From Callorhinchus milii (Eukaryota), in the NCBI RefSeq assembly GCF_018977255.1, contig NW_024704743.1, positions 22,384,001 to 22,448,000 on the forward strand: a stretch of 64,000 nucleotides of DNA, read 5' to 3'. Position 1 is the first letter of the stretch; every line of letters starts with the position of its first letter. The translations under genes were made by a program, and so were the position numbers. Below are positions 1-13,489 of the stretch, one piece after another. A model generated the notes under the pieces. It did no database searches and was not told where the DNA came from. It was given only the letters and a program-made list of their open reading frames with translations.

Positions 1-54
1 TTAAAAGCCGTGTTAAAACCACACACCCATTGAAAAGAAGAGATCAAATGGAAA

Positions 55-250
55 AAGAGAAATGTTGGAAATCTCAAAATAGATTCAGGAAATGCGAGCA
101 GATCAGTCAGGGTCTGAAACAGAGAGAGGTTCAGATGTGACGTGCATTCAACAAGACGAAGGGTCAAACCCAAAATGTTGACCTCGCCGTCACTTTTAGA
201 TGCTGGTCAACCTGCTGTGCAATTTCCAAGCATTTTCTGATTTTATTTAA
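55..250. mobile_element. Penelope-like palindromic non-autonomous element with degenerate minimal hammerhead core
   Basis: Imperfect inverted arms (GAAATGTTGGAAAT ... ATTTCCAAGCATTTTC) around aaGACGA-aGGGT caa ACCC-aAAA-tgttgac at 153-182. Confidence 0.55.
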
Positions 251-819
251 AAAATTTCCCATGGCTCAACATGTTCCAAGGACAAAATATACAACAAGCA
301 TATAATAGTGCTTCTATTTAAATATAGCATTACCAGCAGGACATCAGAACACAGAAAACATACAAGCGCTTTATAACCAGCCTGACTTGCTTCACTGTGT
401 GCATCACATTATTCATTCTCCTCTCTGAGAAAGCACGCTTCATGCATGGGCAAATCACCCATTTATAATAATTCACACTGGCTGAAGAACTTCCTAGTAA
501 TCAACTGGGAATAATCTCTCACTCAGACAGAGATACTGAGCCAGTCATTGCACGCACTGAGATCATCCACACACATCAACCACTCACTGACAAAGCCATC
601 CGCACAGAGACGTAAACCTCACCATCACTCACAAATGCATTGGTTAAGAGAATGATTAGAAAACAAAATGATTTGTACCCTGTTACCTTACCTTTAGAAC
701 ACTGTTACCCTGTTACCTTACCAAAGAACACTTTGGGCCTACTTCACTGATGTACCACCTAAACCCCTCAATTGGATCGTTTACCATTTACTGTCTTATA
801 CATGACCCATCTGAACACC

Positions 820-1085
820 TTGATTAGATCACTGCCCTATAATCACTCCCTGGTATCTGCTATTATATACACAACACTTCCTAGGTTAGATCATTCCCTG
901 TGATCATTCCCATATATCTACTTTTCTATACATACACACAATCTGCATCCTCCAATTAGATTACTGTTTTATAATCACTCCTGGCTATCTACTGGATTAT
1001 TGTACATGTAAGCAATCTGCTTCTAACTATTCCCACATATCTACTGTTCTGTATATAACCCACTTGAAGTTCTCAATTAGACTTA
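820..1085. repeat. old degenerate tandem repeat, ~65-bp period (TTAGATCAcTg...ATAATCAcTCCc..TATCTaCT)
   Basis: Motif recurs near 825, 886, 956, 1027 and 1077. Confidence 0.55.
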
Positions 1086-1092
1086 GAATTAC

Positions 1093-1200
1093 CCTCAGTT
1101 TCCATTCCTCCATAAATAAATCCTCAAGTGCCTGTAGCCTCAGCTGACAGACGTTTTGGGAAATCAAAAGATGCCTGTCGTCATCGCCAGGTGATGACAT
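1093..1200 (-). CDS. candidate first coding segment of an unidentified minus-strand gene (MSSPGDDDRHLLISQNVCQLRLQALEDLFMEEWKLR), continuing left of the window
   Basis: acaATG at 1200, phase-0 donor AGG|GTAATT at 1093, downstream of the ZNF143 promoter. No homology recognised, so it may be UTR. Confidence 0.3.
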
Positions 1201-1639
1201 TGTTCTATAAAAATATCTGAACTCCTCGGCACTCTTCACTTGTAATCAAATGGATCACCACTAAGATAAGATCAAGTCATTGACTTCTCTCGTCTCCAAG
1301 AATCCACACTAACACCAACTAATCGGAGCAAGAAGGGACGTTGGAACATGCTCTCAGGGCCTCTGGCAGTGCTGCATCACAGCAACGATCCTCCACAATT
1401 TTCCCTCTTTCTGTCACCTCCCGCAGCAAGAGATACTTGGCCTCTCCTAACTCCTTCCAGGAACAGACATCAGGCAGCACACCGATTTGGTACTTCAAGC
1501 ACTCAGCAACTTTTTCAGTGTACTACAGTAAAACTCACACAAGTCATATTAGTCGAGACCATAACATTTAATATGACTTACCCGAAGTCCAAATTGCAGG
1601 CAAATTGTATGTCGTAGAAAATCCGATTTAATTAATAAT

Positions 1640-1905
1640 CTACACTGCACATGCGTAATTTAAAACGCATGAAATTTAAAGTGCACATGCGGTGTTGGGT
1701 TAAGACTACACTTCCCGCGATTCAATTAACCTTGACCCGTCGCCACAAGCTTTGGAATCCCAAAGAATCACAAGAAATTAAGTACTTCTGAGTGTGCATT
1801 AACAGATCAGGACTACGTTTCCCACAATTTAATGGAGCTGGCGGTAAGTGCACATACATCGACCGGTCAGGACGTCATTTCAAGGCAGCCGGAAAGGGCG
1901 GGAGT
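1640..1905. promoter_or_regulatory. housekeeping-type promoter with two ZNF143/THAP11 (ACTACAnnTCCC) motifs
   Basis: GACTACACTTCCCGCGAT at 1704-1721 and GACTACGTTTCCCACAAT at 1811-1828; TGCACATGCG twice (NRF1-like); GACGTCA, CCGGAA and GGGCGGG at 1870-1903; locally CpG-enriched. Confidence 0.65.
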
Positions 1906-2794
1906 AATGGAGAGTAGGGGAGCTGAGGTTACAGAGTTAGAAGGCGATTAACAATAATAATAATAATGCTTTCATTTGATTTAGTGCCTTATCACATCTT
2001 CGAGACGTCTTAAAGCGCTTCACAGAATATACTGTAAAGTGAATTGACTGTATATTTTGTGGGCAAAATGCAGCAGCCAATGGCGCACACACGCTATACA
2101 TACACATATACTATGAGATACACACACACCACAAAACATGCACCCACACACGACATATACACATGCACACTCGAACTGCAAAATGTACACACACACACAA
2201 ACAGGCTACACTCACATATACGGGATATGAAACACACAAAAACCCTCCACCCGCAGGTTATGCAAACAAGGGACAGAGACATACACACAATCTGCACGTT
2301 AGTGCCTTCTGTTCTGGCATCTCTCTAGAGGAGTCAGGACCCGAACTTTCCCTTCATTCCCCCCTCCCACGCCAAATGTCAACATTTTACAGTTCATATT
2401 GGTATACACTGGCCCTAGCCAGGAGAGAGGTTTCCATTCAATCCCAAGCAATGGTTGTGGGAGTCCTTGCTGAATAAATCAGCAAGCAAACACGGCTTTG
2501 TGCAAGTGCTGCCACAACGACAATGCTTTAATGTTCCCGTTAACATCAGGCACATATTAGTTTCAATGTTTTCTAATGCTGCAGGCTGCTCAAGCCAGTG
2601 AGCTCATTACATAATAAAACCACCTCTTGACTTACTGCAGCTGAGGAAGGGAGGTGTCCCAACATAGCAGCATGCCACATCTACAAGAGAAGCGTCGATT
2701 TCAAGCTCTTCAACCAAACACTTCCTACACTTTCGGTCAACCAATTTTATTGGAGCAGAACGTATCCAATCCAAAATATCCACACGCAGACCTC

Positions 2795-3087
2795 AAACTC
2801 GCCTTGCAAGCGAGACACCTGGGTTCAATTGCAGGCAGGGCAAAACCTTGGGCAAGTTTCCTTACTCCACACGCCTCATAATAATCCCTCCAAAAACAAA
2901 ACAATAATAAATTGGTCATTTTCAATCCACGACTCTTTGTGGGACACTGCTGTGCGCAATTGGCTGCCGCGTTTCGCCCACAAATATACCGTCAATTCAC
3001 TTTGCAGTCTATTCTGTGAAGCGCTTTGAGACGTCGAGAAGACGTGAAAAGCGCTATATCAGATGCAAGGATTATTATTGTTATTAT
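2795..3087 (+). mobile_element. tRNA-derived SINE (short subfamily, 5'-clipped)
   Basis: B box, CCTTGGGCAAGTTTCCTTACTCCAC, Deu-like body, (TTA)n tail. Confidence 0.85.
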
Positions 3088-3629
3088 AAACCCAGCTCTC
3101 TCTCCTTCCATGGCCACAGCTTCCCTCCCACCATCTCACATTCTCTTTCCACATCTGCCCCATCACTCACCTTATATAAACACCAGCCACGAACCCCTCC
3201 ACTTTCCACCCTCACAACAGCAACAAATTACATTCATACAGCTCTTTTCACGACGGGAGGACATCCCACCCAGCAGATATACCATTGTGTCCTGTGAACC
3301 GGCTCGACTTGTGCCGGGGGGCCGTGGGAGGGGTAACTTCCCTGGATTCCAAAGTATGTCAAGTCGACTTTGGGCAACCTTAAATCCTCCACTCAGCTGA
3401 CTCTGAGCTCCTACCAGTCCCTCGTCTCCTCTGCTCCACCGTCGACCGTCGTGCTTTCAGCCGCTACGCTCTGAAGCTTTGGAACTCTCTCCCCCAATTC
3501 CTCTGCCTTTCCCCCTCTTTTAGATCACAAATAAAAACCTTCCTTTTAGACCATGCTTACGGTCACCCTTGTCTCCCCCCTGGAATATTGCAAAGTTTCC
3601 CCTGAAGTTTTGTCACCTTATGTGTTAGT

Positions 3630-3930
3630 CTGGTTGGCTCAGTTGGTAGCACGCTCGCTTCTGAGTTAGAGCGTTGTGGGGTCAATCTCCACATCAGGAT
3701 TCATATATTCTAGCCTGACACTCCAGTGCAGTGCTGGGGATGTGCCATCCTTTAGATGAAATGTTAAAGATTTGCTGGCACTATTCAAATAGAGAAGGGA
3801 GTTTTTTCCTGCACCTGGCCCAAAAATACCCAGATAGAACTAGTTATTCACTCCATCGGTATTTTTCAGAGGTTGCTGCATGCAAATTGGGCTGATACAC
3901 ACACTACACCTTGCATTAAATCCTGTGAAG
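3630..3930 (+). mobile_element. older SacSINE1/DeuSINE-like element
   Basis: TGGCTCAGTTGGTAGCACGCTCGCTTCTGAGT head, CTGACACTCCAGTGCAGT and CCTTTAGATGAAATGTTAAA Deu-type motifs. Related fragments at ~21060-21325, 38690-38830 and 56730-56975. Confidence 0.7.
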
Positions 3931-3936
3931 GATTTA

Positions 3937-4261
3937 TAATAATAATAATAATAATCCTTGCATTTGATATAGCGCTTTTCATGTCAGGAGGACATCCCAA
4001 AGCACTTCACAGAACACACTGTAAAGTGAATTAACTGTATATTTGTGGGCGAACGCGGCAGCCAATTGCGCACAGCAATGTCCCACAAACAGTCGTAGAT
4101 TGAAAATGACCAATTTATTATTGTTTTGGGTTTTGGAGGGATTATTATTAGGCGTGTGGAGTAAGGAAACTTGCCCAAGGTTTCGCCCTGATCTGCCTGG
4201 AATTGAACTCAGGTCTCTCACTTGCAAAGCGAGTGCTCTAACCACTGAGCTACAGGACTCC
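3937..4261 (-). mobile_element. full-length tRNA-Ala-derived SINE (short subfamily)
   Basis: Nearly identical to the 18296-18619 copy. Confidence 0.9.
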
Positions 4262-6867
4262 ACATTTGAGATGTCTTGATGATATGAAAACACACTAAAT
4301 GAAATGCAAAGATTATTAACCTCTAGTTTGTACATTAACCACTCGTTTGAAATGTTTCAACATTTGTTTAGCGCCTTTCACGTCGTGAGGATGTGCCAAG
4401 GTGCTGAATGGTACATTTACCATTTAATGTACATTTCCTTGCCTATTTTTCTTCTTTTCGGTATTAGATTGCAGCTGCCTTCTATCTGCCCATCACCTGT
4501 GGTTGAAGGAGCAGGAGGGTGAGCTACCTAGCTCTGCAATCACCTCAAACCCTACTGACATGGCCTCTCTTTTCGCTCAGCGGGCTCCAGATTGCTTCAT
4601 GGTCAATGGCCCATCTGCCCCACCATCGGTGGGTGGACTATTAGCCTTTTTTTGGCCCCACTCTATGGAACTCCATCCCAGAGTCCCTCCAACTCGCTCC
4701 CTGCCTCACCTAGTTCTACCTTTTTGAACGTCAGACCTTAGCAGCCAAGAAACCCAGGAAAACAGGAATAGGAGGAGGCCATTCAGCCCATTCAGCGTGT
4801 TCCACCAGTTTTAGCTCTTCACAGAACTTAAGATGGGCAACAAGCAGAACACGGGGCAAGAAAGGAAAAGTCAGCAAAAAATAAATCGCATAAGCATTCC
4901 GACACCTGTAAGATTGACATTCAATGCCATACTTCCCACTAAGAGACGTGTGGTCAACCAATGTACAACCTCAGAGACACACCGGAAATAACAGGCCCTG
5001 AAAGCGGGGGTGAACTTGAGGAAGAGCACTGTAATCCATCAAGTTTCAGGTCTTTGAGTGCTCTGAGACGCTATCCTGCATGGAGGGCGCTATATACGTG
5101 CAAGTTGGTGTTGTCGTTAACTTTGTAAGCTGTAGTTTAACTTGGGTTTATATATAAACTGGACAAACCAGAACTCGTGCAAGTGGTATTATTTCAAATA
5201 AACCACACCGCGGTGCAGTGTTAACACTGGCGGTTCTGTTTACATTAAGATTAAGTTGGTTTCTTTGAATACCTCCTCCCCCCACTCTCCCCCCATGTGG
5301 AATCTCTGCCCATTTATCCAGCATAACTTGCGATATGAACGGTTACTTAAACGACCAATGTGATTCTGGCATTCCAATGCAGATCACCTGGGACAGCACC
5401 CAGGAACACTTGACCTGGAATATAAACAGGGACTTAAAACCACAGTCACAGTTGTCAAACAAACAATAACTGAAGGATTTCAGTGACACACGGTTACCCA
5501 AAATAACTGCTGCAGACAAGCTGCCTCTTGCACTCGTGCCTCTGGTTAGGGCAAATGGCCAATTGCGGCAAAAGCACATTTTCCTCCTAAAGAAAGCAAT
5601 CGGCACCAATCCAAAGGAAAGGTTGCCAAGTCTCCACAACGTTTATACTGGAAACATTCAGTCCTTTCCACTCCCCCACCCCCCCTCACTGCAGCTGGAT
5701 TCCATTACGCGGGCTCCAAATTACTTACGGAAACGAACAAAATACAGCAAAAGAAACAAACATATAAAGTGGAGGGGGGGGCGGGGGAAGAGTCAGACTG
5801 TTTTCTGTGTAAAAAAAATAAAAATCCAAAATAAATTTGAAGGCACGTGAAGCACTTCATAAAACACATAATGCTACCGCATTGAGACAGATCAGTCAGC
5901 AAAGAAAGGGTACATCAAGCTCCTGAGTTAAAGGATTCGAGAGGAGAGGAAAGGGGCAAAGAAGACCAAAGCAAAATTCAAAACAAGTTATATGTGCTAA
6001 TTCGCGCACAAACAAATTTTAGTGATAGCACTGCTGAGGGCTGGGAGAGGGTCATCTGTCTGAGAAGTCACTCAGGAATTAAGTACATGTGGTAGTGTGG
6101 AGATAAGAAAACAAGATGAATTTTAAAAAGAGAGTTTGGGATAAGGAGTTGGACAGAGGGGAGGAAGGATTTACTGTGCATCTCCCCACCCTCACCTTCC
6201 CCGCAGGAGGTGGGAAGAGAAACCAGAGAGGCAGGAAATGATGACCTGGGGGCCACAGGATGGGGAATAATAATAATATATAATAATAATAATCATTCTT
6301 GCATTTGATATAGCGCCTTATCACGTCTTCGAGACATCTCAAAGCGCTTCGCAGAATATAGTGTAAAGTGAATTGACTGTATACTTTGTGGAGCGAAAAG
6401 CGGAAGCCAATTGCGCACAGCAATGCAGCAATGGCACTCTGGGAAGGTCAGCAAACATCAACTCAATCCTCCCCACTTGACTTACACCAAGTGAGTAGAG
6501 GTTGAATGTCGATGGGAGTGAACATGCAGCTGATGGGTGGGGGAGCGACAACTTTCGAAGCGCAGGCATATTAACAACAGCAAGAAAAGGTCAGAAATTA
6601 GGCATAAAAAAAGATTCCTGCACCATGGAGTCCAAGTTGCAGAATTGCCATCTCACCCTCCACTCCAGCAGTAGCTGGTATCTGAGTGGAATTCGCAAGG
6701 GTCTGCATGACATGCTATCGGACAGAGTCCCTATTTGCACATCTCGGGTTCCTTACTAAGGAATGCTGTGAAGAAACAGCACAAATTAGATCCCAGGATC
6801 CAAACACAGAAATATGAACGCTCGCAAGGCAATCAAACTGGCTGGATTATTTCATTCACAAATCACT

Positions 6868-7298
6868 GCAACGACAACAACAAATTACATTTGTATAGCA
6901 CCTTTCATGTCAGGAGGACGTCCTAAGGCACTGGACAGTCAGGGATCCACACCTGAGCTGGTGGTTGGAATTCTGAGGGGTGGAAGGAGGGTAGGGCTAG
7001 GAAGGTGACCGAAGGCACGTTCGAAGAAGAGGGTCTTGAGACGGGTCTTGAAAGAGACAAGGGAAGGGTTGAGGCGGAGGGACTGTGGACAGAGCTCCAG
7101 AGGGTGGGGGCAGAGAGGCTGAAGGCCCACCCGCCAATAGTGGGGCGGCCAAAGTGGGGGATGTGAAGCAGGCTGGAGCCCACTGAGCGGAGGGAGTGGA
7201 TAGGTTGCTCGGGGGTTAGGAGAGGTAGAGAGGAGCAAGGCCGTGGAGGACCTTAAAGGTGAGGACCAGGATCTTGAACTGTGTCCTCTGAGTGATGG
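6868..7298 (-). mobile_element. L2 3' fragment
   Basis: PTIGGWAFSLSAPTLW and SFKTRLKTLFF plus tail. Similar fragments at 50228-50660(-), 54680-55022(+), 63475-63677(+) and 47320-47546(+). Confidence 0.85.
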
Positions 7299-10157
7299 AT
7301 TATTATTATTATTATCAACAGTTCACATTGCACAGACACAAGCATTAGAAGATGAAATTAGTGGACAGTGGGGTTGAAAAAGTGATTTTCTGGAGATTTT
7401 GTAACACGTACTGTTCTGAATGTAAATGCTGCGATTTTTCTCTAGGACATACAAATGTCTTGATTATTAAGTCCACGTTTTGCATGCGTATTGACATTTG
7501 AAAAGAATAGCCAGTCAGTCTCTTTGTGGTACAGTGTGTGCTTAGCTGAGATTCATTTTATGGCCTGAATAGGGCATTCAATGTTTCTATAAATTATATT
7601 TAAACTGCTCTCTGTAAAATAATTATAACCTATGTTCTCATTTCTCATAACAAAATAACTTTATGGTATGGTTGAACCTTGTACAACTGGGAAACCTCTC
7701 TCACTTCCCTTTTGCCCATGTAATTTATTTTAATGAACAGTCCTCTCTTACTGTAAAGGCAGCATCAGCCCTAACATCGTCAAGGGACTATCTATTCATG
7801 TGGACTGAAATCAGGAAACTGCAATGACACAATAGTGGGGGGTAATTTCCTAGGAGTTTTAAAACAATAATTAAGTTATTCTGAGAAAAGTCATTAGTGC
7901 TTTTTTTTAAAAACAATTTTTAGCTTTCAATCCATTGACTCCCAAAAAAGTCCAGGGATTTCTAATGTCTCTGTGCACTTGTCTTGCACAACAGCAACTT
8001 GCATTTATATAGCGCCCTTCATGTGAGTAGAGAAGGGAGTCCAAAAAGAGAAGCGAGATTCTCCCAGTGTTCTAGCCACCAATATCCCAAATAAAATTGG
8101 TCATTCACTCCATGGCCAGTTGTGGGACACTGTTGTGTGCAAACTGGCTGCTGGGTTTCGCCTACAAAATACACAGTCAATCCACTTTATAGTATATCCC
8201 GTAAAGTTCTTTGAGGCGTCTCGACAACATGATAAGGCGCTATATGAAATGCAAGGATTATTATATTATCTTTTCCCCATTTCCTAAAAACTACGTTCTT
8301 AGCAAGGTAGAAACACACTTGCATAAAGGAGAGAGCAACACACAGTCTGAGATTCTGCCCCACTGTAGCTCCTGCTGCTATAGCCTGCCGTAATAAAAGT
8401 TTGTTCCCTAGCCTGCAGGATGCGGTGAAAGCTTTGGAATGGGCTCCTTCAGGATTCTCTGCACCAGCACTTTACATCAGAGAAACAAGAATGTCTGGTT
8501 TGACAGATCGGTTTCAATAACTGTCAGCTTTTTCTCTTTTGCAAGAATGAGGCAGAACTGGTATAGACAGGGCTGGCATAACATCTACTCCCTCAACAGA
8601 TGCACAAACACATTCAACGATGCCTTTAAGCAATCAAGAAGTGCTCAGGTACGGTTTAAGAGCAGCATGAGCAGACACGTCCGAGTTATACTGTCCCGCT
8701 GGCACCTCTCTACAGCCAGGGGAAAACTAAACACGAGGCACGAGAACACCTTTCAAATGTCTGTCACTTGTGAGACTCGAGCAGTAAGAGACAACCTCCT
8801 CCATGTGATCTCCCTCCAAAATGAACATTTCTCCCAGAAAATACAGTCAATTCACTTTACAGTGTATTCTGTGAATCGCTTTGAGACGTCTCAAAGACAT
8901 GATAAGGTGCTATATTAAATGCAAGGATTATTATTATTAGATAACATAGGCCACATTGAGTGAACTCTCTCTTCAAGACATCTCAAAGCACTTCACAGGA
9001 TATAGTGCAAAGTGCAGTGACTGTGTATTTTGTGGGCAAATGTAGGCCATCTACACATGGAAATTTTCCCTGTGTCTGGAATGCAATGTGTGCTCTTTCC
9101 CTGGAGGAATGCACGCTGCTGACCTAATTCCAGATATGACGCACAGTTGCCAACGCTTAGGGTCTCCAGAATGTACGCTAGAGTTCAACCAACTAAACCT
9201 GCACTGCTTGCTGTCAAGAGCTACTGTCTGGCAAGCTTGCCACTGCTTGCCCAGGGACAACTATCCTACTCATTAGGAGCTCACTCCATTCTCACATTCG
9301 GTTGGTAAAAACATCATCTTGGAGCCAGTTCAGCTCCTGATTCTAAGCCACCAGTCTATACCCAGAGGTTGACTTAGATAAGGAAGCTGGCAATATTAGC
9401 CGTGCTGATAAGAAATACCGTTATTTCCTCTTTCTTCCCCTCTCCCAGCCATTACTCCGAAGTGTGTCCATTTTAACATTGAGCAATTTGCAGCAAATCT
9501 CATTCCGATACTTAACATAAGCTTTAACTCACTGCAGAGCCAACAGATCAGTCGAAGTGTTAAAGACACAAGTTCCTGTTCTGTCTCCAAAAATAGATGA
9601 ATGGGCAACAGCTGAACACAGGCTCCTCACACGAGTTTCTGGTTTGAAGTTCTCGGCTGCAGACCAGAAACGAAATGGTCCATTTCCTGCAACACCCACA
9701 ACTTGATGTCTAGTTATATTTTAGTTTTTTTTTAAATAGTGTGGAAGGTAAGAGTTCCCTCCACCCCATCCAATCCCAGTGATGTGGTACCACTCTCCGC
9801 AGTTCACATAACGTATGATAACCCATGTGGCTCAAAGCCAAAGTTCAAGCCTGACAAGTAAACCGCTGACCATAAGATATTTTGACAGATTTGGGTTTTA
9901 TGCGGTTCATCCAACATCAGCAAACAGGTTGCAATGAATTAAATCAATATGGCTTTAACCCATTGAGAGCTTCAAGCTGGGACTTCAGGAACCGCCATGT
10001 GAAACAATACAATACAAAAAATGGTCTAATCCAGGGTGTAATAGTAAGGGTTTCGCAACCAGTGATGAGGGCAAGTTTATAGACATCATTTGGGATGATT
10101 TGAACCTTTTTAAACATGCGAATACATGCTTATACATCACAGCATTCTCCCTAGTGG

Positions 10158-10570
10158 ATGGTCTCCTTTGAGCTGAACTGGCCCTAAGGTGTCACACTTA
10201 GCAACGGAACGTCAGAATGGAGTTAGTGTCTGTGGTAATCTCGGTGGTGAGCCAGGCGAGTTTGCAGGACTCGCAGAACATGGAAGGGGAAGACCAGACA
10301 CTGGGGGCAGGGATTCTTTCTACTCAACTCCTATTAACCCTGTTAAGCCAAAGGCAAGCTATGCGGTTTTAGCTGGTTAGCTTCCAGCAGTACCCCAACC
10401 CCTACTTTGGGGTCTCCAAGCTTTGGCTCTTGTTAACCTGCGTCTATTACTCTCTTGAATTAGGTAAGCGGAGCACGTTCTTCTGGAAAGCGAGTGAGCA
10501 TTCCATTCGAGACACAGGGAAGTTGACGGGTTTCCACATGTTTCAGACATTTCGCTGTGATAAAAAAAAG
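10158..10570 (+). mobile_element. unclassified ~600-bp element, internally deleted copy
   Basis: Shared 5' hairpin, GGTTTTAGCTGGTTAG block and A tail. Further partial copies at 9050-9340(-), 26796-26876(-), 28437-28545(+) and 41600-41815(+). Confidence 0.72.
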
Positions 10571-10756
10571 CCATATACACCATATTTAATGAGCATCACA
10601 CAGATAGCTCAGTGGGTAAATGCACAACATGCAGTGCAGATCGGGAAGATGTCATGTTCAAGGGGTTAGAAAAATAGATAAAGATCCATTTCCTGATTTT
10701 CATCCAAAGACATACCACCCATTTGAGGTGTGTCCTGAGGAAGCCGAGCGAACATG

Positions 10757-10867
10757 TACAGGGTGATCAAAAAGTTGTTATAAGTACCCTATTATTGAAA
10801 AAAATCATAATTTCTTTAAGATTCATTAGACATCGTAATGGTATTATGACTTTTCGGTCACCTTGTA
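10757..10867. mobile_element. Tc1/mariner-type MITE (107 bp plus TA target duplications)
   Basis: TA|CAGGGTGATCAAAAAGTTGT ... ATGACTTTTCGGTCACCTTG|TA, imperfect ~25-bp TIRs. Confidence 0.7.
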
Positions 10868-11874
10868 TTAAGACCCGACTGCGAAAATGTTTCCTCCCCT
10901 CCACCCTGGCCAGCTGGCCAACATGTGTTAGTTCGGGTCACTCTTCAACATCGGCTACTTGAACACGGTGCTAGGCGGCTGCCGACACATGAGGAACTTC
11001 AACCTAGGGCAACTCGCCTACAAGTACACAGTCAATTCAATTTACATGTATTCTGCGACGCGCTTTGAGACATCTCAATGACGTGATAAGGCACTATATC
11101 GACTGCAAGTATTATTATATATATATTTACATAAAAAACTCACCTATTGAACGGTAAAGGTACTGCCCCGATACAGCACTGGGTTTACAGACCTGAAAGC
11201 GTCAGATTCAATTCGCAGTCTGCGTTGTTAGACGGTGTCAGCCAGAGACGGCCGCTGACGGGATACTTCAATTAACTTCGGGGCTTCTGATTTAGGGGAG
11301 GATAGTACAGCAGGGTTCCTTCCACATCTTGATCGCCATCTAGAAATGCCTGATGGACATTGGGGAGAAGACTGGTTTGGCTGTGATGTTCCAACAGATG
11401 AGAAGACTGCCGACACTCACTCGTGAAGACTGGACGCTTTGGAAAGAATAGAAGAGCAGAGCCCAATCCTGGCTCTTCATCCATCAGAAGCTGCGTTAGC
11501 GGGCACTCAATTCAGCCGAGGGATCTGCTCCTAATGACTAGCCCTGCGGGCACCCGTGCTGTGAGTGGCTGTGTGAATATCGACTGTGTGAACATCAGGC
11601 TCGTCTACAGTGAATAACCAGGTTCCCATCATTTTGCACAGACGTTTTACCAAACCCAGACCTGAAAATTTCACCGAGTGCTCCTCGATTATAGTTTGCG
11701 AGTACGGAAAGTAGTCTCTTTAAGGTTTATTCACGGGATTTATTGCCCAGGTCCAAACTTGGGCTGCCCAGTGTTCATTAATTGGGGGAGAGGGGCTTTT
11801 CAAAACACAATTCAATACCACTCTTTAAATAAGAAATACATTTCGGAACACTGCAATTCTAACACCTGTATAAA

Positions 11875-12192
11875 ATAACAATAATAACAACCCTTGCATT
11901 TGATATAGCCCTTGTCATGTCTTCGAGACCTCTCAAAATGCTTCACAGAATTTACTGTAAAGTGAATCGATTGTGTATTTTGTGGATGCAGCCAATTGCA
12001 CATAACAGTGTCTCACACAAGAGTCGTGGGAATTATGTATTTATTTATTTCATTTGAGGGATTATTATGCCCGGAAAGCGAACCGCCAATTGACTAACAA
12101 CAAGGAAACTTGCCTGAGGTTTCACCCTGCTCAGGATTCGAACTCAGGTCTACTCGTTTGTGAGGCAAGTGCTCTAACCAATACGCCGCAGC
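11875..12192 (-). mobile_element. tRNA-derived SINE, diverged long-type copy
   Basis: Head, partial CORE-like block, Deu-like body and tail. Confidence 0.75.
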
Positions 12193-13489
12193 TCTCCACG
12201 GGGCATTGCCAATTCCCAGCAGTTTCTAAATGAGCCGCGCTCAAAGTTTTTAGGTTCACGTTGGAGACCGTCTCTATTCAATAATTTAAATCACCAGCTC
12301 CAATTAGTGCAATTACGCTAATCCAAGTCAGTCACAAAAGGGAGGATTAAAGGATAGCTGGCACCATAAGTGAAGTCTTGAACGTAACTAATGTAACAAT
12401 CCACAACAACAGGTGTATCATTCAACACCAGCTGAACTTTCTATTCTCACGGTTTCAGCCAACGTTCAGCATTGCTCTCACAGCAAAAAAACGGACTTAC
12501 CTCTTTAAAACTGAACATAGTCTTCGAAGCCTGGCAGAAACAAAAGCATTTATGCTGCCATTTCTATATTAAAAATCTGTACTTTTCGCTTCACTGCATG
12601 TCTTTCAAAACATTAGCAGCAGTCATAAAGTCGTTGCCTTGCACTTCACATAGCTGCATCCACTTCCTCTAGATTTATTATTGTTATATTATTTTTATTA
12701 TTATCATCAATTTCTGCAGCACTTCTGATGACTAATCCACTGGGATTTTACTGTGCGGTCTTTCTTTTTGAAACGAACTAGGCTTCAAAATAGCCAAGTT
12801 GGCTGATATTGTGCAAAAACTGTTAACTGGGTCATGCCAGATTGTCAGATTTTCCATTCCCTACATCAGAATTAAATAGGGCTCCAGTGCATAAAATATT
12901 AGGGAACGTCACTTGGGAGATAGAAAGAAATCAATTGTTAAATGTTTCATACTGTACACACGCACACACTAAAACAAGTATGGCATTAAACACAGTGATA
13001 AAAGATGCAGCTGTAGTAAAAGGTCAAGACAATCTAACAATTCGGCTATTGACAAGCATTGCTGGATGTTACCCTCCCTCGACCCACATACACACAAACA
13101 AATGAATCTAACTCTTACATGAACTTCACCAGTGGTGACTCAGGCTTATACTGTACTTATACAGTCAAACCAAGATCCTTGTAGTTCTTTTTCCACACTC
13201 CATCACACCACCCCATACACACACGCATACACACACACACACACACAGGGCATTAAAGACTGCAAGAAAAGCTGCAGCCAGAACTGAAGGTCAAGATTAA
13301 GTGAAATTTCATAACAAGCACTTTACAGGTCAGATCCCCACCCAAAATATGCCCATCAGTGATGCACTCACACATGTACTATAATCAGGAGAACCGAATT
13401 CCCACTGCCCTCCTACTTCAACACTCTGGATTCTCTCTCTCACTCCCCCCCCCCCCCCCAAAAAAAAATATTGCATCTTATTCTTGCAC

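Noticed and set aside
8439..8918. 159-aa ORF
   Set aside because: No recognisable domain, and the 3' end runs into a SINE tail.
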